64,000 bases of DNA, taken from the NCBI GenBank assembly GCA_951406725.2, contig OX597822.1, positions 115,630,001-115,694,000 on the forward strand. Reading direction: 5' to 3'. Under the pieces are notes generated by a model. The model was not told where the DNA came from and made no database searches. It was given only the letters and a program-made list of their open reading frames with translations. Positions 41,009 through 54,759 of this stretch are shown here, one piece after another. How positions within the stretch are numbered: position 1 is the stretch's first letter; every line of letters begins with the position of its first letter. The stretch comes from Octopus vulgaris (taxonomy: Eukaryota). Both the position numbers and the translations under genes were made by a program.

Positions 41009-41551
41009 GTGTGAGAAAACAATGCATGCCATCAAAGTGATATTGAGGTTCAAATATACGAAGCCCAATATACTCATCATGACTACCCGTCTGATAAGGG
41101 TAGACCAGGCACATGCATCACAACCAAATATTCAGGACATGGTGGTATCGTATCAAGGTAAACAGCGCATGACCTTAAAGGCGGGTCCCAGTTAGTATTT
41201 TCTTTTAGTCGAGTAGCCCATCTTGCTCAAATAAATAAACGTTGCTTAAGGATGTTGAACACCCATCTTTCCAGGAGTGAATTATTCAAACTCCGAAGAA
41301 TTTCTCTCAACACATGACTACGATGCTCCCCCAGTACTTCTGCTCGTGATCAGAGATGCACATATCGTCAGCCACTAAGGAACATGTTCAATTAGTTAAG
41401 GTCAAGCAAATGACAAGCAAATCTGTGGTATTGAGCAGAATATTTGCTGTAGCCCATCTTTTATACCAAGACAAAACAATGTACATGATAACACTTCCAA
41501 TCAGTTAAGATCAGAAGCCATGAGAGCCACTGCCTGGTACTGCATCAGGAC
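41009..41551 (-). mobile_element. Element D, full length, more diverged
   Basis: Aligns end to end with 13200-13755, with small deletions. Confidence 0.88.
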
Positions 41552-41579
41552 TGAGACAAATTATTATCATTTTCGTTAG

Positions 41580-42320
41580 CATCTTCTTTCAGTTCTGTTT
41601 CCATTTCTTGCCGAATGTCTTCCTGACACCTAGAGCAGAGAAACGTATTGTATATATTGGTAGGCCATTAAAACAAATACGCCAGATTGTTCATTTACAG
41701 ACATATGATAGAGAAAAAGAGGAGGACAGAGAGAAAAAGGAAAGAATTGAAAAATAGAAAAGTAAACAAATAAAATAATGGGGGGGAAAAGAAAGAAAAT
41801 TCAGAGCGACAATGTTCTTCGCAATACGTGTGACATACGAGTTAAGACAATCTTTTGCATTCCCTGCATGGATCGTAAGCCATGGATCATTCTTAAATAA
41901 TTTTCAGTTCCTTTTTTGATCATTCCAAGTGCTCCTGCAATCACTGGTATTGTAACCGTCTTGAGATGCCACATCTTTTCGATTTCGATTAGCAAATCTT
42001 TATATTTTCTCAGCTAATCTAATTCTTTTGCCGAGATATTATGGTCACATGGTATGCTCATGTCAATCAATAAACAGACTTTAATGCTTTTGTTTTTCAT
42101 AACAATATCTGGTTTATTTGCCCTGATGGTGTAGTCCTAACATACTGGGAAGTTACATTTTCTCCCTCAGTTACAGCCTCAGGGTGGTGCTTGTACCATT
42201 TGTCAGCAATTTTGATTTCATAATGCAGACACATTATCCAGTGTAGATATTGGCAAACTGTGTCTTGATTTGTACTCTACAGGTGCTAAAACATTACATC
42301 CAGCGATTAGGTAGTCGACT
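41580..42320 (-). mobile_element. RLE LINE family E, decayed copy
   Basis: Homologous to 29765-30470, including the 3' UTR hairpin. Confidence 0.88.
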
Positions 42321-42338
42321 GTTGTTGTTGTTGTTGTT

Positions 42339-43320
42339 GCCTTTGCACAGCTTCTAACACTACAGTGTCAGCTGTTCACGACCAGTGAACTGAGGTAACA
42401 CCTCTTATTTTTCGAGCACCTTCCGGAGTATTCGAGCGGTTCCAAACAGTGCTGTTTTCTGCAAGTGCTCCACCCTTATTGCAGCCCCTATTTGTTCCAC
42501 GTACTTCTCGAGATTTTTGCTCACTTTTCCCAGGGCTCCGACAATTATTGATACTACTGCTACCTTTTTCATCGACCACAACTGCTTAACCTCCCAAGCT
42601 AACCAGTCATATCTCTCGACTTTTCTTTCTACCTTATCGCATACCTTGTTGTCAGCTGGGCATGCCATGTCTATGATCCAGCATAGTTTGCTTTCTTTCT
42701 CAATTAAGACTATGTCTGGCTTCCTATTCTCTACCTCATGGTCGCACTGAATCATTCAATCCCACAGGATCTTTGCATTATCATTTTCGATGTTGCCTTT
42801 TGGTTTATTGTCGTAACACTTGTTGCAAAATGTCCAATGGACAATACTTGCTATATTGTCATGAAGTCCCTTATGTTCCTTCTGGGCTAATGGCGTACAT
42901 TGACTAGTAATATGCCATATGTTTACACCATTTTGTACACAAATTTTGCACTTCTCACTTTCTGATGTGTTGTCTATTCTGCATTTGATGTAATTGGTTC
43001 TTGATGCTTGCTCTTGGGCAGCACAGATTAAATTCTTTTCTTTATCCACCAATTTTCAGTTTCATTTATTCTCCTACACAAGCTTAGCCTTCTTACGTCC
43101 AATAATAGTGGTTCGGTGGCATTTTTTACCTAACATGCTATGTTGTTTTCTTCTGCTCTAATGCTGTGTTTGCATCCAATCAGTCCTCTTTCCCCTCTTT
43201 TTCCTGAAGCATTACAGTCTGTCTGAGGGATTTCTTGGGTGAAGTATCCCATATCTAGTCAGCAACTTCCTTGTATTTCTGACTAAGCTGTTTAGTTCGT
43301 CTACGGTCCATACGGTTACC
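42339..43320 (-). mobile_element. RLE LINE family H
   Basis: LICAAQEQA.RTNYIK, CKIC..H....C, RKPDIVL..IIDMACP..KVERY..L, GTARILRKVL; 3' flank is (AAC)n. Confidence 0.88.
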
Positions 43321-43329
43321 ATATTATTA

Positions 43330-43530
43330 TCTCTCTATATATAAACGGCAAAATATCTGTCTGTGTGTGTGCGCGCGTTCTTTATACAAATCTACAATTT
43401 TTCAATTAGAGGGCTCGCACTTTCTAGCTGTATGTGACTGGTCGGAGATTTGGACAGTACTCGCGTGTATGTACGCACGCACGTAGCTGTATATGCATGC
43501 ACTAGCACTATGACCCGACATTGCCGGGTT
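43330..43530. mobile_element. Helitron-like end fragments
   Basis: A|TC..CTATATATAAA 5'-type end on +, and A|CTAGCA...ACCCGACATTGCCGGGT 3'-type end on -, similar to 6323-6350. Confidence 0.5.
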
Positions 43531-43572
43531 ATTATTATTATTGTTATATTTATTATTATTATTATTATTATT

Positions 43573-45425
43573 CAGTAGTTTTATTTTTATAGCGTGCTTT
43601 CACTTCACTACCGAGCGCAGCTCTGTGTGCCTTGGGTATGTGCTGTGATTTGTTGTGATGCTCTGATGGTTATTGTATGGAAAGTGTTCTGCGTAGGATG
43701 TGTGCAGTGCCTAGTAGTGCAATTTTCTGTATGTTATATGTGTTTGTAAGTCCTGGTGTTTTTGTTATGTATTTGTCTGAATATTTTTTTATCATGCCTA
43801 ATGCACCTACTATGATAGGAATTGTTTCTGTTTTCAGGTTCCACATTCTAGTTATCTCTATTTCCAGGTCTTTGTATTTTGAGAGTTTCTCCATTTCTTT
43901 TAGAGAAACGTTGTCATCTGCCGGTATTGATACATCAATTAGAAAGCATTTTTTTCTTCATGATCTCTGACAACTATATCTGGTCTGTTGGTCTTAATTT
44001 CTCTATCTGTGTGTATCGGCATATCCTAGAGTATGGTTGCTTTCTCGTTTTCTGTGACCTTTTCTGGTGTGTGCCTATACCATCTTTTTTCTGTTGTTAT
44101 TCCATAATGTTGGCATAGCTTCCAATGTATGTAGGTTCCAACTCTGTCATGTCTGTGAATATATTCCTTCTTAGCCAGGACTGGGCAGCTAGAGATAATA
44201 TGATTTATTGTTTCTTGTCCATCTCCACATATTCTGCAGTTACTTGTAATATTTCTTTTCATTACATGTTTTTGGTAATTTCTGGTGGGGAGGCTTTGGT
44301 CTTGTGCTGCAATTAAAAATCCCTCTGTTTCTGCTTTTAGTCCTGAGCTTCTCAACCATTGCTGGGATTTTTCTTTGTCTATTTCTTTTGCGTTTAGTTT
44401 AGTGCAGTATTTACCATGAAGGGGCTTTTCTTGCCATCGTTTTATCATGGCTCGTTGCTGTTCTATTTTTAGTTTGGATTTCATTTGTTCTATAGCTTTT
44501 GTTGTTTCTTCATCATCTTCTTCTTCTTCTTTGTGTTTATTAGGTAGTATGATTTCTTGTTTGTATTTGTCAGCTTCCTTAAATACTGAGAACAGTTTTT
44601 TGTTTTGCTCGTGTTTTGCTGCTATCTGGATCAGTTTTCCTTCCTTCTGAAGTAGGTATTTTTGCAGTCCTATGGTGGTTATTTTATAGTAGTTTTCCAG
44701 CTGTATAAGGCCTCTACCACCTTCTATACGTTGTATATATAGTCTTTCTATGTCAGATTTTGGGTGATGCATCCTAGATCCTGTCAGTATTTTTCTTGTT
44801 TTCCGAACTATTTTGGACAGTTCATTTCGTGTCCAGTTAAGGATATTGTAGCTGTAACTTATAACTGGGACAGCTAAAGTGTTGATACCTATTATCTTGT
44901 TTTTAGCATTGAGCTCTGTTTTTAGTATTGATCTAACTCGTCTATAATATTCTTTTTTTATTTTCTCTTTCATTTGTGTGTGTTGTGTCTTATCTAGTTC
45001 ATGGATTCCTAAGTATTTGTAAGTTTGGCTTTGGTCTAATTCTTTTATTTCATTGGTTTTATCTAGTGTGATGTTGTTACTCTTAACTAGTTTTCCTCTT
45101 TTCATGGTTACTTTGGCGCATTTTTCTAATCCAAATTTCATATTTATTTCTTTGGTAATTCCATGAACTGTCTTTAATAGTGTTTCCAGCTGTTTGTCAT
45201 TTGCAGCGTATAGTTTTAGGTCATCCATATATAAAAGGTGGCTGATCGTTTTGCCGTAACATTTATATCCGCATCCAGTTCTATTTAGCATATCAGATAG
45301 AGGTGACAGTGCCAAGCAGAAAAGGAGTGGAGAGAGCGTGTCTCCCTGGAATATTCCTCTTCTAATGGGGATGTCTTTGGTTTTCATGAGTCCCTCTTTT
45401 GTTTGGAGGTGTAGGACTGTTTGCC
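43573..45425 (-). mobile_element. RLE LINE family C, longest copy (1.85 kb, 5'-truncated within RT)
   Basis: Same 3' UTR as the other C copies; (TAA)n on both sides. Confidence 0.97.
44026..45387 (-). pseudogene. Partial reverse transcriptase + thumb + CCHC ORF of family C (453 aa)
   Basis: GIFQGDTLSPLLF, HLLYMDDLKL, FGLEKC, YKYLG, GGRGL, CRICGDGQETINHIISSC; ends at a TAG where other copies have TGG. Confidence 0.93.
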
Positions 45426-45462
<37 letters not shown>

Positions 45463-45465
<3 letters not shown>

Positions 45466-45999
45466 TAGTTTTATTTTTATTTTTATAGCTTGCTTTCACT
45501 TCACTACCGAGCGCAGCTCTGTGTGCCTTGGGTATGTGCTGTGATTTGTTGTGATGCTCTGATGGTTATTGTATGGAAAGTGTTCTGCGTAGGATGTGGG
45601 CAGTGCCTAGTAGTGCAATTTTCTGTATGTTATATGTGTTTGTAAGTCCTGGTGTTTTTGTTATGTATTTGTCTGAATATTTTTTTATCATGCCTAATGC
45701 ACCTACTATGATAGGAATTGTTTCTGTTTTCAGATTCCACATTCTAGTTACCTCTATTTCCAGGTCTTTGTATTTTGAGAGTTTCTCCATTTCTTTTAGA
45801 GACACGTTGTCATCTGCCGGTATTGGTACATCAATTAAAAAGCATTTTTTTCTTCATGATCTCTGACAACTATATCTGGTCTGTTGGCCTTAATTTCTCT
45901 ATCTGTGTGTATCGGCATATCCCAGAGTATGGTTGCTTTCTCGTTTTCTGTGACCTTTTCTGGTGTGTGCCTATACCATCTTTTTTCTGTTGTTATTCC

Positions 46000-46002
<3 letters not shown>
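45463..46002 (-). mobile_element. RLE LINE family C, 5'-truncated
   Basis: Near-identical to 43573-44105. Confidence 0.95.
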
Positions 46003-46060
<58 letters not shown>

Positions 46061-46114
46061 ATTTTTATTAATATTATTATTATTATGATTATTATTATTA
46101 TTATTATTATCATT

Positions 46115-46150
<36 letters not shown>

Positions 46151-46155
46151 GCTAA

Positions 46156-46744
<589 letters not shown>

Positions 46745-46751
46745 GTTATTA

Positions 46752-46932
46752 TATGAAAACTCACAGCTTATTTTGCTGGGTATGATGGAAAGTGTCACCA
46801 GTAAACAAGGTGATACTGGTTTACTGGTCATGCTTCAAGAACCTTGCAAAGAATTCTTGCAGTTCCAAGCAATGCCGATTTTTGTAGCTGTTCTGCCTTC
46901 ACACTTGCACCGATCATGGTAGTTGAGTGCAT
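46752..46932 (-). mobile_element. RLE LINE 3' fragment, family I (H-related)
   Basis: MIGASVKAEQLQKSALLGTARILCKVLEA* plus a short UTR, then (TAA)n. Confidence 0.8.
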
Positions 46933-46957
46933 TATTATTGTTGTTGTTGTTGTTATT

Positions 46958-47280
46958 CAGTTGTTTTATCTTTATCACGTGCTTTCACTGCACTATTAAG
47001 CGCAGCTCTGTGTGCCTTTGGTATTTACTGTGGTTTGTTGTGATGCTCTTATTTTTACTGTATTGAAAGTGTTTTACGTAGGATGTGTGCGGTGCCTAGT
47101 AGTGCTATTTTCTGTATGCTTGTTAGTTCTGGTATATTTGTTATGTACTTGTCTGAATATTTTTTTATCATACCTAATGCGCCTACAATGATAGGAATTG
47201 TTTCTGTCTCTAGATTCTACATTCGAGTTACCTCTATTTCTAGATTTCTGTATTTTGAATGTTTCTCCGTTTCTTGTTTC
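46958..47280 (-). mobile_element. Diverged family C 3' fragment
   Basis: Clear homology to the C ORF end and UTR, with deletions. Confidence 0.85.
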
Positions 47281-47839
47281 TTTTCTCTTTATCGGGGAAT
47301 AGTGAGGTGTGTTCTTTTGGGTTTTTTCTTTCTTCTTTTCTTTTTTTGTCTTGATCCTTTTAATACTATCATAATATTTCTGTATAGCCGAGGGCAACAG
47401 GATATCACCTAAAGCTTGCAAGATACAAATTATTTTTGTTGTTCTTCAGCCGGAATGACTCACTGAGTTTCCTCTTACTGCCCTCTCTGAGCGCTCCTTT
47501 CTTTTCCAGTTACGTATATACCAAAATAACTATCATTTATGTAGTTAGGTCGGTCCATCATAAAACTCTACTACGGTAGATTGGGGAAACGGTGGGTGGA
47601 TGGATCTTCCTTTATTATTTCTCCTCTTTGCTAGAAATAGCAACGAAACTCTTCCATATAAAATACAAGGGTAAGACGTATTAGACAATGTAGGCAAGGT
47701 TACACTATCGTTGCAAAAGCAGAGCTCAATAAGCATGGATGGAGCTGAAGGGTTAAACATTTGGGAGTTGATCTGCCAGAAGGTGATGTTAATTCATTTA
47801 ATGTTCACCAAACGTTTGAATACATTAATAATAATAATA

Positions 47840-48525
47840 CTTTCTTCTAATAGCACAAGGCCTGAGATTTGGGCGATGGGGACTGGCGATTATATCAGCC
47901 CCAGTACTCGACTGGTATTTATTTCATCGACTCTGAGAAGATGAAAAGTAAAGACAACTTTGGCGACATTTGAAATCAGAACGTCGAACGGGAAGAAATG
48001 TTGTCCGGCGTGCTACCGATTCTGCCAGGTCGCCGACCTAACAGCAACAATACCATCATCATCAAGAACAACAACATTAATAATAGGCACAAGGTCTGAA
48101 ATTTATCGGAGTGGGGGCGACTAGACGATTACATCGACCGCAGTGCACAACTGGTACTTATTTCACCGACCCTGAAAGGATAAATGCCAAGGTCAACTTC
48201 GGCAGAATTTGAACTTAGAACGTAAAACCAGACGAAATGCCGCTACGCATTTTGTCCGACGCGCCGCTAACGATGCTGCCAGCTCGTCGCCTTTAAGTAA
48301 TAATAATAATAATAATAATAATCCTTTCTACTAAAGGCACAAGGCCGGAATTTTGGGTGGAGGGGACTAGTCAATTACTTTGACCCCAATGTTTCACTGG
48401 TACTTTAATTTATGGACCCCAGAAGGCTGAAAGGCAAAGTCAACCTCAGCGACTTTGAACTCAGAACGTAAAGACGGACGAAATGCCGCTAAGCATTTTG
48501 CCGGGCATGGTAGCGATTCTGCCTA
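47840..48525 (-). mobile_element. Three tandem S4 SINEs separated by (AAT/AAC)n
   Basis: Three reverse-complement matches to 20592-20803. Confidence 0.85.
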
Positions 48526-48530
48526 GCAGT

Positions 48531-48591
<61 letters not shown>

Positions 48592-48602
48592 AAGAAGAAG
48601 AA

Positions 48603-48651
<49 letters not shown>

Positions 48652-48789
48652 CCGTAATAATTTGAGCCTTAGTGTTGATTTTAAGATTATTTATGCAAAA
48701 ACAAATATCAAAGAAAGCCACAGTGGGGCTCATAATGTTGTTCAACGTCCAGAAGATGGCACTGCTAGGCACAGAGCACATACTCTATA

Positions 48790-49040
48790 GCAATAGTTCT
48801 CAACCGAGATCCATATGATCCTGGGGACCATGTTGGATTTTTCCGTTTAAACTTTTGTGCAACCAATTGTTTATACTTCTATGATACAAACAGTATTTTA
48901 ACATTTTTAAATACGATTCCTATTAATATTTAATTATGAAAATAAAATGGGATTTCTTAAACATGGAATGGTTGTGGGTTTCAGGTAGAATAAAAGAGGA
49001 ACCAAAGGGTTCTACAAGCAAAAAAGGGTTGAGGACCACT
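48790..49040. mobile_element. hAT-like MITE
   Basis: CAATAGTTCTCAACC / GGTTGAGGACCACTA ends; imperfect 8-bp TSD CTCTATAG/CCCTATAC. Confidence 0.65.
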
Positions 49041-49121
49041 ACCCTATACAATAAGCGCCCGACAGAATCCCACTGTTCACTTAACACAGGATTTATATGA
49101 TCAACTGCCAAAGCGCATATG

Positions 49122-49461
49122 AAGGCGCATGGCTCAGTGGTTAGAGCGTCGGGCTCACAATCATAAGGTAGTGAGTTCGATTCCCTGACCGGGCTGCGTG
49201 TTGTGTTCTTGAGCAAGACAATTTAATTCACGTGGCTCCAGTTCATTCAGCTGTAGAAATGAGTTGCGACGTCACAGGTGCCAAGCTGTGTCGGCCCCTT
49301 TGCCTTGGATAACATCGGTGGCGTGGTGGAGAGGAGAGGCCGGTATGTATGGGCGACTGCTGGTCTTCCATAAAAAAAACAACCTTGACCAGATTTGTGC
49401 CGTGGGGAGAAACTTTCTAGGTTCAATCCCATGGTCATTCATGACCAAAGGGGGTCTTTAC
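49122..49461 (+). mobile_element. S2 SINE, full length
   Basis: TGGCTCAGTGG A-box, GAGTTCGATTCC B-box, CORE-like block; homologous to 18274-18600. Confidence 0.85.
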
Positions 49462-49689
49462 TCTTGTCCTCATTTTTTAAAATTACAATCACCATCAAAT
49501 GAGACGGTAGATACTCGTACGAAATCCCTACCTGAATCTATCGCACCGACAGCTTATATTCTGACAGCTGAAACCTATCAATGCTGCACAAACTAGACAC
49601 CACATTACTAGGACATACGACATCAAGGATACGGCAGAAACGAAGCACAAACACCACCCAACAAAATAAAACGACTCGTGTAACGCGGT

Positions 49690-50268
49690 GGAGGCGCGTG
49701 GCTTAGTGGTTAGGGTGTTGGACTCATGATCATAAGATTGCAGTTTCGATCCTTGGAGCGGGCAATGCATTGTGTTCTTGAGCAAAACACTTCATTTCAC
49801 GTTGCTGGAGCAGTTCACTCAGTTGACAAAAATGAGTAATTCTGTCAAGGACCAGAGTCCCATCTAGCTGGGGAATACTAATGCCATGGAAACTGGGAAA
49901 TGACTCGAAAAGAACTTTACTTTTCTCTACTTCATATAACTCGTAGTCGATACAAAAAAGGAAAGCTAAGTAAGCTTTCCGGTATGTTATTATCCCGAGC
50001 CTAGTCGTCGGTTTCCATGGCGTATAAGGGACCGAGCTCACAGCACCCTTCCTGGATGGGACGCCGGTTCGTCGTAGATTTATTTATTTACAGTTGACTG
50101 GACCGGAACAACGGGAAAATACGTATTTTGCTCCCGAAAAATGTGTTTTTGTTCCGGCAAAAGAGTGTTTTGCTCCGGAAATTGTTTTGCTCCGCCCGTT
50201 TCGAGAATTGAAACCACGATCGTGCAATCGCGAATGCAACGTCCTAACCAGTAGGTCACGTGCCTCGT
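49690..50268. mobile_element. Two CORE-like SINEs tail-to-tail (49690-49900 +, ~49990-50268 -)
   Basis: tRNA-like heads at both outer ends and CORE-like blocks. Confidence 0.7.
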
Positions 50269-50362
50269 ACGGCGTGCAAAGTATTAAAACCACTCTCCGA
50301 CCAACCTTTTTTCGATTTGATCTTCTAGAAAGTGGTTCTCACCAAAACTGGTTCAACCAAAA

Positions 50363-50419
<57 letters not shown>

Positions 50420-50422
<3 letters not shown>

Positions 50423-51316
50423 ACTTGTTTCAGTCGTTTGATTGCGGCCATTCTGGAGCACCGGGACTTATTCTTTGTAAGCCTAGTACTTATTTTATCG
50501 GTCTCTTTTGATGAACCGCTAAGTTACGGGGACATAAACACACCAGCATCGGTTTTCAAGCAATGCTAGCGGGACAAACACAGACATACAAGCATATACA
50601 CACACATACATATACATACATCCCCTTATATAGTCTTTTATTTTCTTATCCTTATTATTTTTTTCGTCCTTAATTTTCGCCTCTTTATCTATATCTCTAT
50701 TTATTTATATTACCATGTTTTTTTTCACGTCCGCGTGTATTTATGTATATATATTTATATATTTATATACTCAGATACTTTTTTTATATTCTTATATATA
50801 TTTTTTTATATTCTTATATCTTTTTTTATATTCTTATATCTTTTTTTATATTCTTATATCTTTTTTATATATTTTTTTTAAATGTTTACTCTTTTGTAAT
50901 CTTTTACTCTTTCACTCCCCCTTTGTGATCCCTAACTCACTGAAGATTCAACCCCCCCCCCAACCCTTCCCTCTCTATCTCAACATCCAAACTTCCTCAT
51001 TCTACATCGAGTGAAAGACAGGATGGACGCTTCGATTTTGTGCTGGTGCCCCACTCTGTCGTACGCGACTATGAGGATTTGCATCCCCAACGTAAAACTT
51101 ATAATGTAATACATGTCCTTGAACTAGTAATTGTACGCGGCTGAAGAAGGCCATAGACACACATTATACATTGTTATAAAACCGTCTAATAAAGGCCCGA
51201 CACATATGTACTGCTAAATCCTTTGAATCATGTTTTTATTTTGATAAATATACTCTATCACCTACACCACTAAATGGTATATACAGGTGCTTACAACTAT
51301 CAAGTATTCACCCTGA

Positions 51317-51353
<37 letters not shown>

Positions 51354-51527
51354 CATATATACGACGGGCTTCTTTCAGTTTCCGTCTACCAAATCCACTC
51401 AAAAGGCTTTGGTCGGCCCGAGGCTATAGTAGAAGACACTTGCCCAAGGTGCCACGCAGAGGGACTAAACCCGGAACCATGTGGTTGGTAAGCAAAGCTA
51501 CTTACCACACAGCCATTCCTGCGCCTA
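50420..51527 (-). mobile_element. S3 SINE split by a ~700-bp Penelope-like insert (~50620-51320)
   Basis: S3 tail at 50420-50600 and head at 51360-51527; insert carries GCGG-CTGAAGA-A-GGCC..GGCC-CGACAC-ATAT-GTA-CTGC, a hammerhead-like motif. Confidence 0.7.
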
Positions 51528-54057
51528 CCTCTGAATTTTTCTTGTTCTTGATATAAGTACGAAAACTCCAACTACCCCGGAATGCTGCTCGTGCTCTTGA
51601 TGCACGCTGCAGATTTTTTTCTTTTTTCAGCCATTTATCGTTTTAAAGTTTCATGTGGTTACCCTCTTATCTCCTTATCTTCCTCAACTAAGCACACAAC
51701 ACCTCTTGTCTGGTGTTGGCTTTCTCGGCGGTCATTTACTTCCAATTCCCACTTGAGACAGACGTGAAATCCAGGCTCTCCTAAGAAGAGGCACTTTTTC
51801 GTGAGGAACTTCATAATTTTTTCTTCCTTCTTATATGAATGTATGCTTGTGTGTATGTGTGTGCGCCTGTGTGTGCTTGTATGTGTTTGTGCTTATGTGT
51901 GCGTGCACGCTTTGTATACATATTTGTATAAATATGCATGTGAACATATTGCGCAGATTGTAAACTGAAAGAAAGACGGACAGGCAGACAAGCAGGCAGG
52001 AATGCAAGCAGACAGGCAGACAGATGCACAGACAGATAGGAAGACAAATGTTTGTCTTTATATGTGTACAGAGTAACAGATCGTTTCATCGTTTGTGTTG
52101 CTTAAAGCGGCAATTCCAATGCAAATTAAAAATATAGCTTTAAGGTAAAAAATTTGGATATCTTTTGAGTTAATATCCGAAAAGTCTTATCCAGTCTAAC
52201 ATTGAACTTATAATTTTTATATTTTTATTTCTCACAAAAAGAATAAAAAGAAATGGCGTATGATCTTATCGAATAAATTGTCTTTAAGGTATCTGAAAAG
52301 ACAGCAAAATACCCAGAAACAATATAGTTATTTTATATCAACAGGAGTAGATCGAAAGTAGAGATTTCACATCAAATCATGAAACAGAGCTGTAAGCTTT
52401 CTGTTGATATTAACGAAGAAACCAGGTAAGGAAACAAAGTTCCATTATATGTAACTCGGTGGAAGAAATTTACTTAGAACTCTGTGAAGTAAGAAAAGTA
52501 AACAGCGTTTGAAAATAGGATGTTATCAGTTGAGAGATCTTAGAATGGCATCTGATTCTCACATCAGCCGCAAAGGTGTTTCAGACTCACTAGGAAAGGA
52601 TCATTCATGAGGAAAAAAAAGTATTATCTTTCCACAAGCTATGGCTTTATAACGAAAACAAAACATTGTCATCCCTAAAGGAAATCCCACTCCTGACCGG
52701 ATTAAAGAATCAATATCACCAACGTTTTCAAAGAGAATAGAGATAACTGAGAAATACCAATCTAGACCGAAGAAAGTTTGGCAATGTTTGTTAAATATTC
52801 TAAATTAAAATCGAATAAAGCTAATTGCTAAATAAAAAATTTAGAAAGAAAATCTTTAAAAAAATCTTTATGTAAAATGATTTCTTACACGACACAATGA
52901 AGCTGTAAACGAAGCAGGCTTTTGTCATGTGACACTAAACACTACAAAAGATGCACTACTTTAAATGGACATGTATGGACACTCTGGTAATATGTTCGTC
53001 TGTCGGAAGGATAAAGACCGACCTTACGGATGACTCATGACTCGCGCGGTGATTTTGTTTACAGTAAAGAGTTACGCCACGTCTCGTTTGTGACTACTTT
53101 CGATCCAGTGGCAAGAACAGGTGGAGACGACTGGGGATGGAAACGGAAGCAATGAAGGACCAAGACGTCATATTTGCCTCCTCTTTCTTCAGCATTCCAC
53201 AATGCATCGCTGTATCCAACTTCCGCTCCGTTCAACCATGAACGTTCTTCTGCAGAATCGTCTGCGTCTAATCTTCACATGCAAAGTCAGGTAAGCCCTA
53301 ATAGGTTACTTAACCTATAGCTGGGACCCTGATAGGTGCTACTATTTCAGATCACAATAGACCTGGGAATACTAATGGCTTTCCTATATGAGGGATCATA
53401 ATTGACTGACTTTTTTCTTTTTCAGTCTCGAAGGAAGATAGTACCGATGACATTTTACAAGTTCTCTGAGGCTGGTGAAAGGGACCGAGGAATGTTCGGT
53501 GAAATCGGAGACCTGGCACGAATGCTTCTAAAAGAATGGACTGGACTGAAAGAGCCCAAGGTACTAGGGGGTGGTTAAATCGAGTGACTGGTAAATTTAC
53601 CACCACGACGACTACGGCGAAATTTCAACTCATAGAAAAAGCCGTGAACCCGGAATAGATATAGCAAGGCATCTAACAGTTACCTCTATTGATATTTTTT
53701 CTCCGATTCCCGAAACGAGGAAAGGAAAAACATGACCTCCGTGGGATTTGAACGTAAAGCGCCGGGCGTCAAAACAAATACCGCAAGTTCTGCTCTCCGA
53801 TGATAGAACGTCCGATCACCGAACGATGACTCATTCTTGTCACCATGTCGATGCTCATACCAGGAATACTTTCGGCTATGGGTCAGCTTTAACAAACAGA
53901 GAGGGCGATAGACAATGCACCATCCTTTCAGACTTACACACACACACACACTCCCAGCAGGTGATTTGTAATAAACTCTAACATTAGCAAGTTGGAAATG
54001 TTTCCAAGTAAAATACACAGAGATAAGAGAAGTAAATTAAATATGCACACATGTAAC

Positions 54058-54117
<60 letters not shown>

Positions 54118-54268
54118 TACAAGCGTGGCAGTGTGGTAAAAATGTTCGTTTCGTAAGAAGGTGGTTTCAAGTTTGATACCTCAGCGGGTCACATTGCTAA
54201 AGTGCCAAATAAGACAAATTTGTTGAATAATTTGATGTATGGAAATTCTACGAAAAGCCGACGCATAA

Positions 54269-54305
<37 letters not shown>

Positions 54306-54367
54306 TTATGTGTGTATGTATGTGTATAGATGTATAGACAGATTTGTCCGTATATATATACATATAC

Positions 54368-54399
<32 letters not shown>

Positions 54400-54422
54400 A
54401 TACATGTATGTATGTATATAAT

Positions 54423-54473
<51 letters not shown>

Positions 54474-54759
54474 CATGCATACATACATATTGGCCCGTGT
54501 TTAACACTAATCAATGACATTATTGTTCATAATCTACGATATGAACTAAAATAAATAGATGTGTGTACATGTATGAGTGCGTGCGTGGCTTCTGTGTGCG
54601 TTTCCGTGTGAGAGAGTGAATACATTTATGAATGAAACGAAAATGGTCCAAGAGAAAGAGCTGAGGGAGACCAGGGGCACGAATTTGAGCGACAGAAATG
54701 AATAAGGGTCTACAAAATATCATACAAAATGAATTCACGATTTATTAAAATTATCAGCA

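Noticed and set aside
47545-47670. C-type-lectin-like WVDGSSF peptide before a GTAAG donor
   Set aside because: The frame closes before the donor and the motif is too short to support
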